A stretch of 64,000 bases of DNA from Lophium mytilinum. Its lineage: Eukaryota. Below, one piece after another: positions 62,038-64,000 of this stretch (positions are counted from its first letter, which is position 1; each line of letters opens with the position of its first letter). Location of the stretch: contig MU004197.1 in NCBI GenBank assembly GCA_010093605.1, positions 434,001-498,000 of the forward strand, read 5' to 3'. A program made the translations under genes and the position numbers. Below the pieces are notes generated by a model. That model made no database searches. It worked only from the letters and a program-made list of their open reading frames with translations, and was not told the DNA's origin.

Positions 62038-63314
62038 CTTTGGAAGAGTTGCAAGGGATTGGCTAGGTTTGCAGCCGACGAATACAGGACCTTGCCGGTG
62101 GATGGGTTCTTGAGGAGGGGAGGTGTAGAGAACCTGGAGCAAAGAGGACTTGACGGCGGGGTTACTTCACATTTTCTTTGGCGCAACCTGGTCTAGTGAA
62201 TCAACTATGCCAGGTCAGGTGACATGGCCGAGCTTTGCCGCCAGTGCCCAGCAAAATTCAATCATCGGTTCCTCATCACACCTTTCTCTCTTCTCGACCA
62301 ACTTCTTTTTGCCCCCCACGCCCTTGTTTCCTCACTTCTCTGGGGGCAGTTGATGACCTTTATAGAGTCAGCTGTTCTCCCTTCTTTGGGAACAGCTGAT
62401 GATCTTTACAGAGTCAGCTGTTCTGCTCAGCACTAGTTGCGAAGGGCAGTACGTCGATCTCCTTAACGGTTTCGAACCGGGAGAGGCGTTTCGGGGTTTG
62501 TCGATCTCTAAAACGGTAGCGAACCGGAGAGACGCGCTTTGCGTTGATCTCCTCTCGGTGGCTGGACGGAGAGGCCACTCACAGCGACGCAGATCTCCTA
62601 ACGCTCAGTCCCTTGGAACGGTCGCAGCCGGAGAGGCTCTTCTCCTGCCCGGACTTCTTTTCGCTGCCTCGCAAAACGAGTGGTCTGTGGCTATCTCCTC
62701 AATAATTGGGTTAACTTCCTTCTTTCTCTGCGCAGCGACAGACGAGGATGCAAGGGCGCCTGAGAGGTCACAGTTCCTCCTTTGCATGGGGCTAAGCTGC
62801 CTTCGTTCTTCGAAGTAGCTTTCCCGCGGCATCGCCGTGTCCTTCGAATACTGCCGCTGTGTTCAAGGTTTTTCGCTGACTAGGTAAGTCAGGTATGTTG
62901 TCCCTCCCCCCCCAGCGCCGAGTTCGCACTTCTTCGCAGTGCTGGGGACCAGTAGCCTTCGGGCAAAGCTAGGACGAACTCATCTTGTATACAATTCACA
63001 ATCAATCCTCTACGTTCAAATATATCTGCCTCCTTGAGGTGATTTGGTGATGTCGTGATGTTTTTATTACTCGACCAGCGACGCCTGTGTTTCTCAATGC
63101 CCTCTTAACTCTTCGTGCTTCTAATCTCTAATAGCGCCTTACAACTTACATACTCCGAAGCTCATCCGACCATCTCCTCAGCGCAGGCAACAAATACCCC
63201 GCAACCTTTGATACACCACCTGGGTCCACACCTTCTACGCCACGAAAGCATTCTCCATCACTCTACATCCATCTTCGGATTAAGAACGATACCTACACAA
63301 TCCTTCACCCCAAC

Positions 63315-63911
63315 ATGCTTTCCTTCTCCACCGCCTTCTGTGGCGCCTGCGGTCAAACCCACTACGACATCTCCTCAGAGGCCGAGGTGAAGCTCTGGAA
63401 AGATCTGGAAGCTGCCAATGCCTCCGCCGACTCCCGCGCCGTCTCCGCCATCATCGCCATTCTCCGCGATTGTTCCGCGGCCAAAGACTGCCATGCCAAA
63501 CACACTATCCATCATGCGATCAGGCTCGAGGGTGAACGCATGAAGCTAGAGCAAGAGACGTTCGACCTGAAGGTGGAGATCAAGGATCTAAAGAAGGGAA
63601 ACGAGCGCCTCCCCAACGAGCGGTTTGATGGGCGGATGGAAAATCGAGACTTGGGCGGGAAGAAAGAGATGCTGGTTGGCGAGAAGGAGGAGGCGTCTCT
63701 GCCACGGAAACTGGTCTGCCAGGCCTGTTGCGAGAGCTCTGGAACGCGAAACAGCTTGTGTGATGGGAGGTACCCGTGTACCGAGTGTATGGCACAGGGC
63801 TATACGTGCTTCTACAAGAAGTGCTTCAAGACACGCAGCGGTGTTAGATGTAAAAGCTCTACGTGTACAATGTGGCACGGCGAGGAGGGGTATAGACATG
63901 GCGAGTTCTAG
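63315..63911 (+). CDS. Orphan family member: N-terminal Zn site, coiled coil, Zn2Cys6-like + CCCH
   Basis: 198-aa ORF; CGACGQTHY..E..LWK; CQAC-x10-C-x5-CTEC-x6-C then C-x8-C-x4-C-x3-H-GEEGY. Confidence 0.75.
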   Translation: MLSFSTAFCGACGQTHYDISSEAEVKLWKDLEAANASADSRAVSAIIAILRDCSAAKDCHAKHTIHHAIRLEGERMKLEQETFDLKVEIKDLKKGNERLPNERFDGRMENRDLGGKKEMLVGEKEEASLPRKLVCQACCESSGTRNSLCDGRYPCTECMAQGYTCFYKKCFKTRSGVRCKSSTCTMWHGEEGYRHGEF

Positions 63912-64000
63912 ACGGGGGTAGGACGTGGTCGTTGGTACGGGGACTATACAAACTGGATGTTGGGTAATTTGCAGCCCCAAACTCTACATAGTTCCGTTCG

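Overview
Filamentous-ascomycete (Pezizomycotina-type) genomic DNA: short GT-AG introns with CTRAY branch points and signs of RIP-like CpA>TpA mutation. Conserved genes: BUR1/CDK9 kinase, centromeric histone CENP-A (Cse4), Derlin, S1/P1 nuclease, an intronless RutA-like pyrimidine monooxygenase, a Zn-dependent MDR dehydrogenase, two SDRs, a PTH11-like membrane protein, an amino-acid permease, a Fet3/Abr1-like multicopper oxidase divergent from a Mn-type CDF transporter, an APH-family kinase, an AvfA-like reductase/Tri3-like acyltransferase pair, tandem secreted Apple/CBM-like paralogs, and an intact plus a pseudogenised HET-domain gene. Between them lie accessory patches rich in orphan genes, decayed ORFs and repeats. 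The most unusual signal is a family of three dispersed small genes (2.3, 58.5 and 63.3 kb) with a coiled coil followed by a C-terminal Zn2Cys6 cluster fused directly to a CCCH finger. They sit next to other orphan Zn-finger genes (C-x2-C-x9-H-x4-C) and a ~161-bp x7 satellite bracketed by 127-bp TG...CA direct repeats. All family assignments come from motif recognition by eye; no searches were run.
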